The notes below the pieces were generated by a model that was not told where the DNA came from, made no database searches, and saw only the letters and a list, made by a program, of their open reading frames with translations. From contig CAZPXZ010000004.1 of assembly GCA_964590405.1 (NCBI GenBank), positions 23,544-87,543 on the forward strand: a DNA stretch of 64,000 nucleotides. The letters run 5' to 3'. The position numbers were made by a program, and so were the translations under genes. Of this stretch, positions 10,976 through 22,443 are shown one piece after another (the first letter of the stretch is position 1; every line of letters begins with the position of its first letter). The stretch comes from an uncultured Rhodobacterales bacterium. Its GTDB lineage: Bacteria; Pseudomonadota; Alphaproteobacteria; Rhodobacterales; CAZPXZ01.

Positions 10976-11572
10976 CTAACGGGTTAAGTAGAAGCGGTCG
11001 TCTTGGACCCGAAAGCTGCTGAACCGGTTCAGGTAGTCCATACCCAATAGCGAGAGGTTTAGCGGCCCGGTGTTCACCGTGGCCGGAACATCAAGGTCGG
11101 TGAATCCTGCAAGCCGCATGCTGCGGATGCGCACCGGTGCACTCAACACCAATCCGTTCGCGGTTTGTGTAGGAATGTGAAAGGACAGAGTGTTGGTATC
11201 GATTCCGGCCCGTTGGGCATCGCCGCGGGCCAGGACTATGCTTGAGGCACCGGTATCGATCATGAAGCGGATATCCCGGCCATTTACTTCCAACGTCGCG
11301 TAGAAGTGACCGTCCCGGGCGCGTTCCAGTGCGACGGTGTTGTCGTTGACTGGCTGCGCCGATTCCGGGAACAGGCTTTGCTTCAGCGGTTCGGAGAACC
11401 CGAAGGCGAGCACAACGCCGATGAAGATCAGAGCCCAGATCGCGGCATGCTGGGCTGCCTGTCCAAAACGCTTCCGGTAGCGGTAGGCCATCCAGAATGC
11501 GAGGAGCATGCCAAGGGCAAGGAGATAGAAGAGTCGTGCCTGGCTGCTGGGATCATTGGGAAGCATGCACAA
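10976..11572 (-). CDS. retropepsin-like (clan AA) aspartic protease, membrane-anchored
   Basis: 198 aa. Two N-terminal hydrophobic segments, then a retropepsin-type domain with active-site motif MIDTGASSIVL. Resembles the TIGR02281-type family as recalled. Confidence 0.7.
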   Translation of the reverse strand: MCMLPNDPSSQARLFYLLALGMLLAFWMAYRYRKRFGQAAQHAAIWALIFIGVVLAFGFSEPLKQSLFPESAQPVNDNTVALERARDGHFYATLEVNGRDIRFMIDTGASSIVLARGDAQRAGIDTNTLSFHIPTQTANGLVLSAPVRIRSMRLAGFTDLDVPATVNTGPLNLSLLGMDYLNRFSSFRVQDDRFYLTR

Positions 11573-11884
11573 TCCGTCCGGGTTGCTTTCCTGTTGATGC
11601 GTTCGCGCTCACGCTTGGGGGCGGGGGCGTGTTCGTTCCACCCGTCAATATAGGGTGCGGCGATCTGACGGGCATGGCAGGAGCGCCACTCGGCAGCGCC
11701 AGTGGAGACAGTCTCGAATTGAACGGTTCGGCCTGTAAGCGGAATCACGGAACCTCGCTGGCCGGATACACTTGCCAATTTGGGGCCATTTCGCGATAGT
11801 ACCGGGACGGAAGCTGCCATCGCCACATTGATTGGCCGCGGGTCCCGCAATCAAGCTTTGATGTCAGTTCGGCTGGAGTTGACC

Positions 11885-13063
11885 ATGCAGGTTGAACGAG
11901 GTGTGCCTACCAGATTGCCCGGCCGACCGGAATTCTCGTCCGGTCCCTGCGTGAAGTTTCCGGGGTGGAACGCGGACTCGCTGGTGGAACGTGCCTATCT
12001 CGGCCGGTCACATCGGGCGAAATCCCCTCGGGAGCAGATACGGGACGTAATCCGGAAGACAAGGGACTTACTTGTCATTCCGGAAGATTTTCGAATTGGG
12101 ATCGTTCCGGCGTCGAACACGGGTGCGCTGGAAATGGCGATGTGGAACCTGCTGGGAGCGCATCCGGTGGATGTTCTGGTTTGGGAGCACTTCGGCGCAG
12201 TCTGGGCGCGGGATGTTTGCGACGAACTTTGTCTTGCCGACTGTCGAATCCTGCAGGCTCCCTTTGGGGAGTTGCCGGATCTTTCCGCGGTCCGCAGGGA
12301 GGCAGACCTTGTCTTTGTGTGGAACGGAACCACTTCCGGAGCACGATGCCCGGGGGCCGATTGGATCCCGGCGGACCGCGAGGGAATTACAATTTGTGAC
12401 GCGACCTCCGCAGCATTCGCGCAGCCACTGGATTGGGCGAAGCTCGATGTGGCCACATTTTCCTGGCAGAAGGCTCTGGGGGGCGAAGCAGCGCATGGCG
12501 TTCTCATCCTGAGTTCACGCGCGGCCGAACGTATGCGCTCAGAGCCGCCACGGCGCGGCCTTCCGAGAGTTATGCGCCTCGTGCATCGGGATGGCGGGAT
12601 CATTGAAGATGTGTTTGATGGCGCAACACTGAACACACCGTCCATGCTCTGCATTGCGGACTGCCTTCTGGCTCTCGAATGGGTAGAGTCCATTGGTGGT
12701 CTCCAGGGGATGATGACACGCGCCAACCGTAATTTTGGTATTTTGCAGGGTTGGATGAATTCGTCGGAGTGGGCAGAGAACCTTGTGCGGGATCCCACAG
12801 CTCGTTCAAACACATCCGTCTGCTTTTGCATCACGGATGCGTGGTTCTTGTCGCTTGACGAGAACGCGCAGAGGAAGGCCCTCAAGCGAATGGCAGAATT
12901 GTTGGAGTCTCGTGGTGCCGCGCTGGATATTGTCAATCATCGGGGCGCGCCGCCATCAATGCGCGTCTGGTGTGGTGGTACGGTCGAGGCAGAGGATCTT
13001 GCGGCTCTGACGCCTTGGCTTGACTGGGCACACGAGCAACTCCGCAAGGAGATCGATTGCTGA
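11885..13063 (+). CDS. serC: phosphoserine aminotransferase
   Basis: ORF open from 11780. ATG 11885 lies 6 nt after GGAG; ATG 11861 is an alternative. Class-V aminotransferase-like sequence upstream of serA, and its stop overlaps the serA start. Confidence 0.85.
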   Translation: MQVERGVPTRLPGRPEFSSGPCVKFPGWNADSLVERAYLGRSHRAKSPREQIRDVIRKTRDLLVIPEDFRIGIVPASNTGALEMAMWNLLGAHPVDVLVWEHFGAVWARDVCDELCLADCRILQAPFGELPDLSAVRREADLVFVWNGTTSGARCPGADWIPADREGITICDATSAAFAQPLDWAKLDVATFSWQKALGGEAAHGVLILSSRAAERMRSEPPRRGLPRVMRLVHRDGGIIEDVFDGATLNTPSMLCIADCLLALEWVESIGGLQGMMTRANRNFGILQGWMNSSEWAENLVRDPTARSNTSVCFCITDAWFLSLDENAQRKALKRMAELLESRGAALDIVNHRGAPPSMRVWCGGTVEAEDLAALTPWLDWAHEQLRKEIDC

Positions 13064-14655
13064 TGTCAGGAATCCTTGTCGCGGATCGGCTCGATCCGGC
13101 TGTTGTGGATGTCATTGAGGGTCGGGGGGTCCAGGTTCGCTACGAGCCGGAACTTGCCCATGATCCGGACGCATTCCGCGAAGCGGTCGCGGATGCAGAA
13201 GGCCTGGCCGTGCGCTCCGGCGCGAGAGTCACGGCAGGAATCCTGGATTCCGCCAAACGGTTACGTGTGATCGGGCGGGCTGGAGTCGGGGTGGATACGA
13301 TCGACGTTGCGTCGGCCACCGCCCGCGGCATCGTGGTGCTAAATGCTCCATTCGGCAACACCGTTACTACTGCAGAGCATACTATGGCCATGCTGTTGGC
13401 CCTGGCGCGTCATATCCCGCAGGCCGATGCATCGCTGCGGTCCGGGCACTGGAAACGCTCGGAATTTGTCGGTCTGGAACTTCAGGACAAGACGCTCGGT
13501 GTCGTCGGTTGTGGCCATGTCGGGAGTGAGGTGGTACGCCGCGCCCTGGCCCTGGGGCTGCGTGTGCTTGCATATGATCCCTACCTTGCGCCCGAGCGGG
13601 CAAAGTCCCTCGGTGTCATGCGTGTCGACGAACTCGAGGTGCTGCTGGGACGATCGGATATTGTGACGTTGCACGTTCCGCGTACGGACGAGACCGCTCA
13701 GCTTCTATCTGCCGACCGCATTGCGATGATGAAACCGGGAGCGCGACTCATCAATTGCGCTCGCGGCGGGATTGTGGATGAGGTTGCCCTGGTTTCTGCA
13801 CTGAAGTCGGGAGCATTGGCCGGTGCTGCGATCGACGTGTTCGAGGAGGAACCGGTTACCCGACATCCACTGTTCGGTCTGCCGAATACGGTGGTAACAC
13901 CGCACCTGGGAGCGTCTACTGCGGAGGCCCAGGCGAAGGTCTCCGTGCAGATTGCGCAGGATCTCTGTGATTTTCTGCTGGATGGAGCGATCGCGCACTC
14001 GGTCAATGTGCCTTCTCTGGACGCAAAGGAAGCGCAACTTCTGAAACCCTGGATGGAGGTTGCGCAAACACTTGGAGCATTCGTGGGTCAGGTAACCGAG
14101 AGTTCCATTCTCCGGCTCGGAGTCGAGTATGCTGGGGATGCCGGTACCCATGGTACCAAGGCGCTCACTGCGGCCGTGATTGCCGCCGTACTTCGGCCGG
14201 TATTGGGGGAGGGGATCAATATGGTTTCTGCCCCCGAGATTGCGCGCGGGCGGGGAATGCGCGTTTCCGAAAGCGTAGCGGATGCGAGAGGGGCGTTTGG
14301 CTCCTACATCGAACTGGAAGTGTCGACGGAACGGCAAACACGGTCCATCGCGGGTACGGTGTATTCAGACGGGCTGCCCCGGATCGTGCAGATCAAGGGC
14401 GTTGGTCTGGAGGCGAAACCGCAACCGCACATGATTTATACGACGAATGACGATCAGCCAGGGTTCATCGGTGCAATCGGAACGGCTCTGGGTGAGGCGG
14501 GCGTCAACATTGCGACATTTGCTCTCGGTCGTGCGGAGCGGGGCGGTGAGGCCATTGCCCTGCTGGGGGTTGATGAAGCTCCCGAACCGTCGGTTCTGGA
14601 ACGGATTCGACAACTGCCCATGGTCCGTCAAGTCAAATCGGTTCGCTTCTCGTGA
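13063..14655 (+). CDS. serA: D-3-phosphoglycerate dehydrogenase (long form with ASB/ACT C-terminus)
   Basis: About 530 aa. NAD-binding [12 protein letters not shown], 2-hydroxyacid dehydrogenase core, long C-terminal regulatory region. The ATG overlaps the serC TGA (TGATG). Confidence 0.9.
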   Translation: MSGILVADRLDPAVVDVIEGRGVQVRYEPELAHDPDAFREAVADAEGLAVRSGARVTAGILDSAKRLRVIGRAGVGVDTIDVASATARGIVVLNAPFGNTVTTAEHTMAMLLALARHIPQADASLRSGHWKRSEFVGLELQDKTLGVVGCGHVGSEVVRRALALGLRVLAYDPYLAPERAKSLGVMRVDELEVLLGRSDIVTLHVPRTDETAQLLSADRIAMMKPGARLINCARGGIVDEVALVSALKSGALAGAAIDVFEEEPVTRHPLFGLPNTVVTPHLGASTAEAQAKVSVQIAQDLCDFLLDGAIAHSVNVPSLDAKEAQLLKPWMEVAQTLGAFVGQVTESSILRLGVEYAGDAGTHGTKALTAAVIAAVLRPVLGEGINMVSAPEIARGRGMRVSESVADARGAFGSYIELEVSTERQTRSIAGTVYSDGLPRIVQIKGVGLEAKPQPHMIYTTNDDQPGFIGAIGTALGEAGVNIATFALGRAERGGEAIALLGVDEAPEPSVLERIRQLPMVRQVKSVRFS

Positions 14656-15941
14656 ATTCTGTGGTCGTCGTTGGCGCCCAGTGGGGTGATGAGGGCAAGG
14701 GAAAAATTGTCGACTGGCTGAGCGGACGGGCGGATGCGGTCGTCCGGTTCCAGGGCGGTCACAATGCGGGGCACACGCTTGTCGTGGATGGCATCAGCTA
14801 CAAGCTGTCGTTGCTTCCCTCCGGTGTGCTTCGTCCAGAAGCCGTCTCTGCGATCGGTAGCGGGGTCGTCATCGATCCCTGGTCACTTCTCTCCGAGATC
14901 GAAGCGTTGGAACAGCGCGGAATTCCATTACCGCCTGGACGCTTGAGGGTGTCGGAGACCGCTTGCCTGATTCTTCCCATTCACCGTGATCTGGACAAGA
15001 TGCGGGAGGAACGTGCTGGTGCACGGCGGATCGGAACCACTGGGCGCGGAATCGGGCCCGCATACGAGGACAAGGTTGGCAGACGTGCCATTCGCGTCGC
15101 CGATCTCCTGGAGCGGGATAGCCTGGAAGCGGGCGTGGACCGTCTGCTGGCGCATCACGGCCCACTTCGGAATGGGCTTGGCGCCGATCCGGTCGATCGC
15201 AGGAAACTTGTTCAGAGTCTGCGGGAATTGGCACCGAAAATTGCGCCCTATGTGGCAAAGGTCTGGGCGGAGGTTGCCGAGTGGCAGAAGTCGGGGAAGC
15301 GGATCCTGTTTGAAGGTGCGCAAGGCGTCATGCTCGATGTGGACTACGGCACTTATCCGTATGTTACCTCCTCCAATACGGTTGCCGGCCAGGCGCTTGT
15401 CGGGACTGGAACCGGCGTGCGGCCAGCGCCCTTCACACTGGGAATTGCCAAAGCGTATGCAACACGAGTCGGCGCCGGACCATTTCCGACCGAATTGGCG
15501 GATGAAGTGGGAGAACGGCTGGGCGTACGGGGGCGCGAGTTTGGCACGGTAACGGGCCGGAAACGGCGCTGTGGCTGGCTGGATGCGACAATGCTGCGCC
15601 AGGCCGTCCGTATCTCGGGCATCGATGGGATTGCGCTAAGCAAGATCGATGTCCTCGATGGGCTGAAGCATGTCCGAATTTCGACCGGTTACCGCATAGA
15701 CGGGGAAGATCTGGCGGAACTCCCTCCGACGACTGAGGCGCAGGCAAGGGTCGAACCCGTTTACGAGGAGCATTCAGGATGGAATGCGGCGACTGGCGGC
15801 ATCCGGGAATGGGAACAGCTACCACCAGCAGCACAGAATTACGTCAAGCGGGTGGAGGCATTGGCCGGGTGCCCGGTGGCCCTCATTTCCACATCTCCAG
15901 AGCGGGACGACATGATCGTCCGCACCGATCCGTTTGGTTGA
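14652..15941 (+). CDS. purA: adenylosuccinate synthase
   Basis: 429 aa. N-terminal P-loop [17 protein letters not shown]. The GTG start overlaps the serA stop (GTGA). Confidence 0.95.
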   Translation: MNSVVVVGAQWGDEGKGKIVDWLSGRADAVVRFQGGHNAGHTLVVDGISYKLSLLPSGVLRPEAVSAIGSGVVIDPWSLLSEIEALEQRGIPLPPGRLRVSETACLILPIHRDLDKMREERAGARRIGTTGRGIGPAYEDKVGRRAIRVADLLERDSLEAGVDRLLAHHGPLRNGLGADPVDRRKLVQSLRELAPKIAPYVAKVWAEVAEWQKSGKRILFEGAQGVMLDVDYGTYPYVTSSNTVAGQALVGTGTGVRPAPFTLGIAKAYATRVGAGPFPTELADEVGERLGVRGREFGTVTGRKRRCGWLDATMLRQAVRISGIDGIALSKIDVLDGLKHVRISTGYRIDGEDLAELPPTTEAQARVEPVYEEHSGWNAATGGIREWEQLPPAAQNYVKRVEALAGCPVALISTSPERDDMIVRTDPFG

Positions 15942-15997
15942 GAAAGGCTCGAGAACCTTCTGCCGAGCGGGCAGTTCAGTCGTCGGTTCGCGCGTAA

Positions 15998-16555
15998 CTA
16001 ACGCACGATGGTGCTGAACTTTGCGCCCTCCAGGCTTGCACCGAGAAGTGCACCGTCCTGGCCAAACACAACTCCGATCACGTGACTACTGGCTGTCGTG
16101 CTGTCCATTCCAAGATTTGCCCCCTTGCCGGGAACCGTAACCTCCGCATCTGCGCCGACCTCCCATCCGTCCGCGTTGCGGAACCGCCGGAGCCCACTCT
16201 CGGTCATGAAGAACAGGGCCTGCTTCGTGATCTGTGCCCCGACCTGAAGTCCGATGGAGAACGACGCAACCGAATAATATCCAACCGTTTCACCCCCTAC
16301 CAGAAGCGCGCCTTCACCATAGGAGCCGCCGAGAATCAGCCCCGCCTTCTTGACATCCGGCATGATGAGTAAGCCAAAGGCGCGGTCCGCGAGTTCGCGT
16401 GAACCAGGTATCGCCTCAAAGAGTTCCTGCTTCGCATAGGAGACCTTTGCATCAATCTCGGCCTTGGTATCGGCCTTGGCGGTCTGCAGGAATATTCCGA
16501 CACAAAGTGTTGCGGCGGCACCCAGAATTGTGGCTGTGCGGCGGACTTGGAGCAT
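15998..16555 (-). CDS. SYLF (Ysc84-like, DUF500) lipid-binding domain protein, secreted
   Basis: 185 aa. Signal peptide followed by SYLF-like repeats (KKAGLILGGSYGEGALLV ... SFSIGLQVGAQ ... GADAEVTV ... LLGASLEGAKF). Confidence 0.7.
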   Translation of the reverse strand: MLQVRRTATILGAAATLCVGIFLQTAKADTKAEIDAKVSYAKQELFEAIPGSRELADRAFGLLIMPDVKKAGLILGGSYGEGALLVGGETVGYYSVASFSIGLQVGAQITKQALFFMTESGLRRFRNADGWEVGADAEVTVPGKGANLGMDSTTASSHVIGVVFGQDGALLGASLEGAKFSTIVR

Positions 16556-16724
16556 GAAACGCCTCGCTGCGGGCAGTCCAGTATGGTGCTCTGATCTGGA
16601 AGCGGATTGTACTCATCCGCCCGGTCGGCACCTTGTTACCACGATTCGTTTTATCTTGTTGCATGTTTCTGCACCCGGGCACTCTCGAGAATGCGGCGAG
16701 TCTGCCGGATGAAGTGCGAGGGGT

Positions 16725-17402
16725 CTAAGAATTGTCCGCCGTTCGCACGAGGAGATTTTGAACCAGATTGGCGGCAATCTCTGCTGGGTTTGTGAGGTCG
16801 TCTGGATTCTCGCCGGGAAAGCCCCGCTTTCGGAGTGCGGTTGCCATGGGTGGTGGGTCGACAAGGACGATGCCAACCGCCGGGCACTCGGACTTCCACG
16901 CCTCGATGATGGTCCTGAGAGCGTTTTGGGTTGCGGCGTAGGCGCTGCGATACGCGCCGGCAACGTTGCGGTCGCAGACAAATCCGGCCCGTCCACCGCT
17001 CTGTGCCAACAGAGGTTCGAAACTGGCGATCATGGCTCTCGCCGTGTCCACATTGATTCGCCATAGTCGCAGGAAGCCTTCCGGATCGATATCGCGAATC
17101 GGGGTGAAGGGGAGGGAATCAGCGGCAGCATGGACGAGGATGTCGAGACGTCCGAACCGGGCTCGTATTTCATCAGAGAGACGCTGCAGTCCCTCGTGAT
17201 CGGTCAGGTCGAGAGGAACCAGCGTGGCAGTTCCGCCCGAGTCCCGAATGCGATCGTCCAGTGCTTCGAGGGCGCCCGAAGTTCGTGCGACTGCAACCAC
17301 ATGCACGTTGCGAACCGCAAGTCCCAACGCAACTTCCGCTCCCAACCCGCGCGAGGCGCCGGTCACGAGGGCGATTTGTTGCTCGGGGCGCTCGGAACCC
17401 AA
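16725..17402 (-). CDS. SDR family oxidoreductase
   Basis: Rossmann motif ALVTGASRGLG. The ORF is open to 17549 but that would overlap purF by 130 nt. TTG at 17402 gives the usual short lead before TGxxxGxG. Start is uncertain and no good SD is present. Confidence 0.7.
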   Translation of the reverse strand: MGSERPEQQIALVTGASRGLGAEVALGLAVRNVHVVAVARTSGALEALDDRIRDSGGTATLVPLDLTDHEGLQRLSDEIRARFGRLDILVHAAADSLPFTPIRDIDPEGFLRLWRINVDTARAMIASFEPLLAQSGGRAGFVCDRNVAGAYRSAYAATQNALRTIIEAWKSECPAVGIVLVDPPPMATALRKRGFPGENPDDLTNPAEIAANLVQNLLVRTADNS

Positions 17403-17419
17403 GGGGACGTCCGCGGGTT

Positions 17420-18877
17420 TCAGTGCGATGTATCCATGGGGAGGGACGGCTGCTGTTCCCCATCCGCCCGGACGATCGGGTAGTCTCCGGTAAAACAGGC
17501 ATCGCAAAACTGCCGTTCTGCTTCCCCTCGTCCCTGCGGGCTTCCGCAAGCGCGGTACAGACCGTCAATGGTGACAAAACACAGGGAATCGACTCCAACA
17601 TATTCCGCCATGGATCGGGGATCCATCTGCGCGGCGAGAAGATCGCCCCGTTCGGGCGTGTCCACACCGTAGAAGCAGGGCCACTGCGTCGGCGGACTTG
17701 CCACCCGGAAATGTACGGACTTCGCTCCGGCCTCCTGTACCATGCTGGCGATCTTGCGGACGGTCGTTCCGCGAACCACGGAATCGTCCACAAGCACGAG
17801 GCGCTTTCCGGCCACAAGGCTCCGGTTGACATTGAGCTTCAGACGTACTCCCATGTTTCGAATCTGTTCGGTCGGTTCAATGAACGTGCGCCCGACGAAG
17901 GGGCTGCGGACGATGCCGAAGGCAAAGGGGATATCGGATTGCTGTGAATAGCCGATAGCGGCCGGCGTTCCGCTGTCCGGTACCGGGCAGACAAGGTCCG
18001 CGTCCACCGGAGCTTCCTTCGCAAGTTCCGCGCCGATACGGCGTCTGACTTCGTAGACGCTGGTACCGTCATGCTGGGAATCGGGTCGGGAAAAGTACAC
18101 ATGCTCAAAAATGCAGAATCTATTGGAGTTGCGGGGAAGCGGCTGCTCCGTTCGTACACCGTCCACATTCACCACGATCATTTCTCCCCGGCCGACCTCG
18201 CAGATGAATTCTGCGCCGACAATGTCTAGCGCGCAGGTTTCCGAAGCAAAAACATGCCCCGAACCCAGACTTCCCAGCACCAGGGGGCGGATTCCATGCC
18301 GATCGCGGACACCGATCATCTTGCTGCGTGTCATGGCGACAATGGAGAAGGCTCCCTCGACCTGGCGCAACGCATCCTTCATTCTGCCGACTACGTCACT
18401 TTCGCGAGAGCGCGCCATGAGGTGAACGATGCATTCCGTATCCGAACCGGACTGGAAGATCGAGCCCTCCCTGACAAGGTTCCTGCGCAGCAGCTGAGCA
18501 TTGGTCAGATTGCCGTTATGGGCAATTGCGACACCGCCCTGGGAAAATTCCGCGAAGAGGGGCTGTACGTCACGGATCGCGGTATCGCCCTTTCGGCCTG
18601 CTGTGGCATAGCGGACATGACCCAGCGCAGTGTGACCCGGCAGGTGCCGGATGACCTCTTCCCGCGTGAAGTGGTCGCGTACGTATCCCAGCCTGCGGAC
18701 ATTGTTGAACGTTTGCGCCATGGAATCGTAGGCCACTACGCCGCAGGCCTCCTGGCCCCGGTGTTGCAGTGCGTGCAGTCCCAAGGCCGCGTACCGGGCC
18801 GCATCCGCGCATCCAATTATGCCGAATATGCCGCATTCCTCGCGCCAGGAGCGATCCATCTGTCGGGATCTTCTCAT
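17420..18877 (-). CDS. purF: amidophosphoribosyltransferase
   Basis: 485 aa. Ntn-type CGIFGI after a short propeptide, PRT motif VLVDDSVVRGTT. The ATG overlaps the cvpA stop (ATGA). Confidence 0.95.
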   Translation of the reverse strand: MRRSRQMDRSWREECGIFGIIGCADAARYAALGLHALQHRGQEACGVVAYDSMAQTFNNVRRLGYVRDHFTREEVIRHLPGHTALGHVRYATAGRKGDTAIRDVQPLFAEFSQGGVAIAHNGNLTNAQLLRRNLVREGSIFQSGSDTECIVHLMARSRESDVVGRMKDALRQVEGAFSIVAMTRSKMIGVRDRHGIRPLVLGSLGSGHVFASETCALDIVGAEFICEVGRGEMIVVNVDGVRTEQPLPRNSNRFCIFEHVYFSRPDSQHDGTSVYEVRRRIGAELAKEAPVDADLVCPVPDSGTPAAIGYSQQSDIPFAFGIVRSPFVGRTFIEPTEQIRNMGVRLKLNVNRSLVAGKRLVLVDDSVVRGTTVRKIASMVQEAGAKSVHFRVASPPTQWPCFYGVDTPERGDLLAAQMDPRSMAEYVGVDSLCFVTIDGLYRACGSPQGRGEAERQFCDACFTGDYPIVRADGEQQPSLPMDTSH

Positions 18878-19491
18878 AGCGGCTCGGGATCGGAAACCGG
18901 AGGAGCCTCGACGTCAGGAAGCGACCGGTCTATATAGCCGCATCCCTCGGTCAATGCCTCTAGTCGGCCGCCAATCCAACTTCGCATTCCTTCGGTGTTT
19001 GTGCTGCGCAAAAGGTTTGCACCCTCCTCCAGGGGTCCGGCGAACGCCGCAGACGTGAGAAGGTCCGGCTTCTGGCCACCTTCAATAATTGCATCATAGG
19101 CAACGTAGGCAATGAGCACGACAATTGCACCTCGCATGAAACCGAACGCGAGACCAAGCAACTGATCCCCTCCGCGTACTTCACCTCGCGATGTAGCACG
19201 GCTGAGGATCGGTGATATCACCGAAACGCCCAGGATCGATATCAGGAAGAGGCTGATGAACGCGAGGAAGGTAGCAATCAGGCAAGCATCGGCGAAATCG
19301 CCGAACAGGCCGATCTCAGGCATCATTGGACGCACTGAGGGCGTGAAGAGGAATGCGACTACGAACGCAGACAGCCACACCAGGATGCCGATGATTTCCT
19401 GCGATCCGCCATGCAGAAATCCGCGAGCCATGGAGAGCCCCACGACCAGCAGGATGATGCCGTCAACGATGTTCAGTGCTGGCAGTTGCAT
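18874..19491 (-). CDS. cvpA: CvpA family membrane protein
   Basis: Hydrophobic protein starting MQLPALNIVDGIILLVVGLSMARGF (ATG 19491). Canonical cvpA-purF pairing. The ORF track extends to 19608 without support. Confidence 0.8.
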   Translation of the reverse strand: MQLPALNIVDGIILLVVGLSMARGFLHGGSQEIIGILVWLSAFVVAFLFTPSVRPMMPEIGLFGDFADACLIATFLAFISLFLISILGVSVISPILSRATSRGEVRGGDQLLGLAFGFMRGAIVVLIAYVAYDAIIEGGQKPDLLTSAAFAGPLEEGANLLRSTNTEGMRSWIGGRLEALTEGCGYIDRSLPDVEAPPVSDPEPL

Positions 19492-19568
19492 GGAGCGGCA
19501 TTCCGCAGAAGGCGCAAGTCGAGCGACAATTCTAGCGGCGTTGGAATGCAGCCGCTCATGGTCCCGAA

Positions 19569-21305
19569 CTAACTGAGGGTCTCGCGCCTGTCGGCCAGCT
19601 GGCTCCATGCCAGTTGCCGCAGGTGCCTTCGGAACAGCAGTGCAGGGAGCAGACCCGTGGCAATAACTGCGAGTGCCGCAGGTGAGGCCTCGCCAACCTG
19701 CTCCAGTGATGCATAGCTGTACGTAAGTGTAGAAAGAGTATCAAATCCGAATGGCCTCAGGATCAGCGTTGCCGGCAGTTCCTTGACTGTTTCGACGAAG
19801 ATCAGCAGTGCAGCGCTGATGAGAGTGCCGCGGAGTAGGGGTGCCTGTACGCGTCGGAGAACGATGCCCCGCGTGGCGCCGAGCGTTCGCGCTACGGTTT
19901 CCATCGCCGGCGTGACGCGTGCGAATCCCGCCTCTATGGCACCATATGGTATGGCCGCAAACCGCACGACATAAGCGGCCAGCAGGCCAACAATGGACCC
20001 GCCGAGGAGGAGACCGGATGTCCATTCAATTGAATACAGAAACTTGTCCACTGCCAGTAAGGGAATGAGAATGCCGACTGCAAGAACGGCGCCCGGTACG
20101 GCATATCCGAGCGTCGCAATCCTTGCCACAAGTCGGACCACAGGGGATTTTGCACACCGGATTCCGTAGGCGAGAATCAGCATAGACGCGACGGCGAGCA
20201 GGGCCGCAAGTCCCGCTACCGAGGCGGTTCGCACTGCGGCGAGGAGGAACTGGGGCGAGGTGAATTGCTCAAGATGGGAGAGCGAAAGGGATCCGAGAAC
20301 GAAAGCAGGAACCGCGAATCCGATCAGGATGGGGATCAAGCACAGGCCGAAGGCAAGAATGCCGGCCCAGCCTTGCAGACGGCGACCCCGGCTCGGCCGA
20401 TGCAGGGAAGACGGATCGTGATAGCGGGCATTCCGTCGGCCGGCTCGTTCAATGGCGAGAAGGCCCATCACCAGGGCCAGGACAACCAGCGCGAGTTGCG
20501 CGGCACCGCCAGCGTTGTATCCCTCGAGCCAAATGGCGAAGATGCCCACCGTCAGGGTCTGCACGGCGAAATACTCAACCGTACCGAAATCCGCCAGCGT
20601 CTCCATCAGGACCAGTGCCGTGCCAGCTGCGATGGCGGGTCGGGCCAGCGGCAATGCCACACGCCACAGGCTGCGCAATGGCCCGCAGCCCAGCGAACGG
20701 GAGGCTTCGACCGAAGAGGCGGATTGTTCGTGAAAGGCTGCGCGGGCAAGAAGATACGTGTAAGGATAGAATGCAAATGTCATGACCGCCGCAGCGCCTC
20801 CCATCGAGCGGATCTCCGGAAACCAGTAGCTGCGGGCGTTTTCCCATGCGAAGATGGACCGGAACGCGGTTTGCACCGGCCCAGCGTATTCCAGGAGGTC
20901 CACATAGGCATAGGCTGCGATGAACGACGGCACTGCAAGCGGCGCAAGTAGACCCAGTGCAAGGATGTCGCGGCCGGGGAAACGGTAATTGGCAACGATC
21001 CAGGCAGTTCCGGTTCCGACCACGCACGAGCCAATGGCGACGAGTGCCATGAGTTGAAGCGTATTTGCGAGATAGCGCGGAAGGGCTGTCTGCAGAAGAT
21101 GAGGCCAGATATTCTCTGATGGCGTGAAGGCGATCCAGACGATTGCCAGGAGAGGGAGCAGAAGGGTCAGTGTGATGACTACTGATGCGGCGAGCCAGGG
21201 GTCCGGAGCGGACCGTTTCCAGCGGCGTACCTGGATGGATATCCCGAGCGTACTGGTACGTTGAAAAGACATTGCTGGCCGGATGGGAACCTGAGAAGGG
21301 AGCAC
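19569..21305 (-). CDS. iron(III)/thiamine-type ABC transporter permease (fused two-domain)
   Basis: 578-aa polytopic protein with two tandem permease halves, typical of FbpB/ThiP-like permeases. The start could be the internal ATG at 21272. Confidence 0.75.
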   Translation of the reverse strand: MLPSQVPIRPAMSFQRTSTLGISIQVRRWKRSAPDPWLAASVVITLTLLLPLLAIVWIAFTPSENIWPHLLQTALPRYLANTLQLMALVAIGSCVVGTGTAWIVANYRFPGRDILALGLLAPLAVPSFIAAYAYVDLLEYAGPVQTAFRSIFAWENARSYWFPEIRSMGGAAAVMTFAFYPYTYLLARAAFHEQSASSVEASRSLGCGPLRSLWRVALPLARPAIAAGTALVLMETLADFGTVEYFAVQTLTVGIFAIWLEGYNAGGAAQLALVVLALVMGLLAIERAGRRNARYHDPSSLHRPSRGRRLQGWAGILAFGLCLIPILIGFAVPAFVLGSLSLSHLEQFTSPQFLLAAVRTASVAGLAALLAVASMLILAYGIRCAKSPVVRLVARIATLGYAVPGAVLAVGILIPLLAVDKFLYSIEWTSGLLLGGSIVGLLAAYVVRFAAIPYGAIEAGFARVTPAMETVARTLGATRGIVLRRVQAPLLRGTLISAALLIFVETVKELPATLILRPFGFDTLSTLTYSYASLEQVGEASPAALAVIATGLLPALLFRRHLRQLAWSQLADRRETLS

Positions 21306-21499
21306 TGGAGTTTACAGAATCCTGCGCCCGGGCGCGATTGCGGTTGAGGGCCGTCGCCGAACCGTCCCCGTCATGTCAACGGTCGGAAGAACGGCAGGCT
21401 TGGTACGGATTCTACAGCACTGAATTTCACTTCGGAATTGTCGCCCAAGCGCAGACTCTGTACAAGAGTTCCGTTGCAGGACCACGCAGGAATTCTGGA

Positions 21500-22429
21500 A
21501 TGCCACATCAAGACGCAGCGTCGCTTCACCAACCCGAGACCTTCCAGGATGTGGTGCTGGAATTGCACCGCTTTTGGGGCAGGCGGGGATGCGCGATCCT
21601 GCAGCCATACGATATGGAGGTGGGCGCAGGTACCTTTCATCCAGCGACGGCGCTACGCTCATTGGGACCCAGGCCTTGGTCCGCTGCCTACGTGCAGGCT
21701 TCCCGGCGGCCGACGGACGGACGGTATGGCGAGAACCCCAATCGCCTCCAGCACTATTTCCAGTATCAGGTGATCCGCAAGCCGGTTCCGGAAACGTTCC
21801 AGCGCGACTACCTCGAGTCGCTCGAGGCGATCGGAATCGACCTCGCAGAACACGACATCCGCTTTGTTGAGGACGATTGGGAGAGTCCGACACTCGGTGC
21901 ATGGGGCTTGGGTTGGGAGGTTTGGTGCGATGGCATGGAGGTAAGCCAGTTCACTTACTTCCAGCAGGTAGGGGGACATGACTGCGACCCCATTCCGGGT
22001 GAGATCACCTACGGGCTTGAACGCCTCGTGATGTATGTGCTCGGCATAGAGGACGTGTACGACATTCCATATGCGCCCGGTCTCTCCTACGGTGCGCTCT
22101 TTCGGCAGGCGGAGCGCGAGTACTCGCGATGGAACTTCGATGTTGCCGGTACGGAGATCCTGCTTCGGCATTTCGAGGATGCGGAAGCGGAGTGTCGCCA
22201 GATTCTCACGGCTGAAGCGGTCGATCCTCGCACAGACAAGCCCACCATCATGGCGCATCCCGCCTACGACCAGTGCGTGAAGGCGTCGCATATCTTCAAC
22301 TTGCTGGATGCAAGGGGCGTAATCGCGGTCGCCGAGCGGCAGGCGTATATCGGCAGAGTTCGGGCCCTTGCCAAGGCTTGTGCCGACGCGTTTCTTGCGA
22401 CCGAGGCGGGTGGCGCGGAGTTGCGATAG
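21500..22429 (+). CDS. glyQ: glycine--tRNA ligase subunit alpha
   Basis: [37 protein letters not shown] is a canonical GlyQ N-terminus. ATG 21500 lies within a longer open frame that starts at 21185. Confidence 0.95.
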   Translation: MPHQDAASLHQPETFQDVVLELHRFWGRRGCAILQPYDMEVGAGTFHPATALRSLGPRPWSAAYVQASRRPTDGRYGENPNRLQHYFQYQVIRKPVPETFQRDYLESLEAIGIDLAEHDIRFVEDDWESPTLGAWGLGWEVWCDGMEVSQFTYFQQVGGHDCDPIPGEITYGLERLVMYVLGIEDVYDIPYAPGLSYGALFRQAEREYSRWNFDVAGTEILLRHFEDAEAECRQILTAEAVDPRTDKPTIMAHPAYDQCVKASHIFNLLDARGVIAVAERQAYIGRVRALAKACADAFLATEAGGAELR

Positions 22430-22443
22430 AGCCGGGAGCAGGA

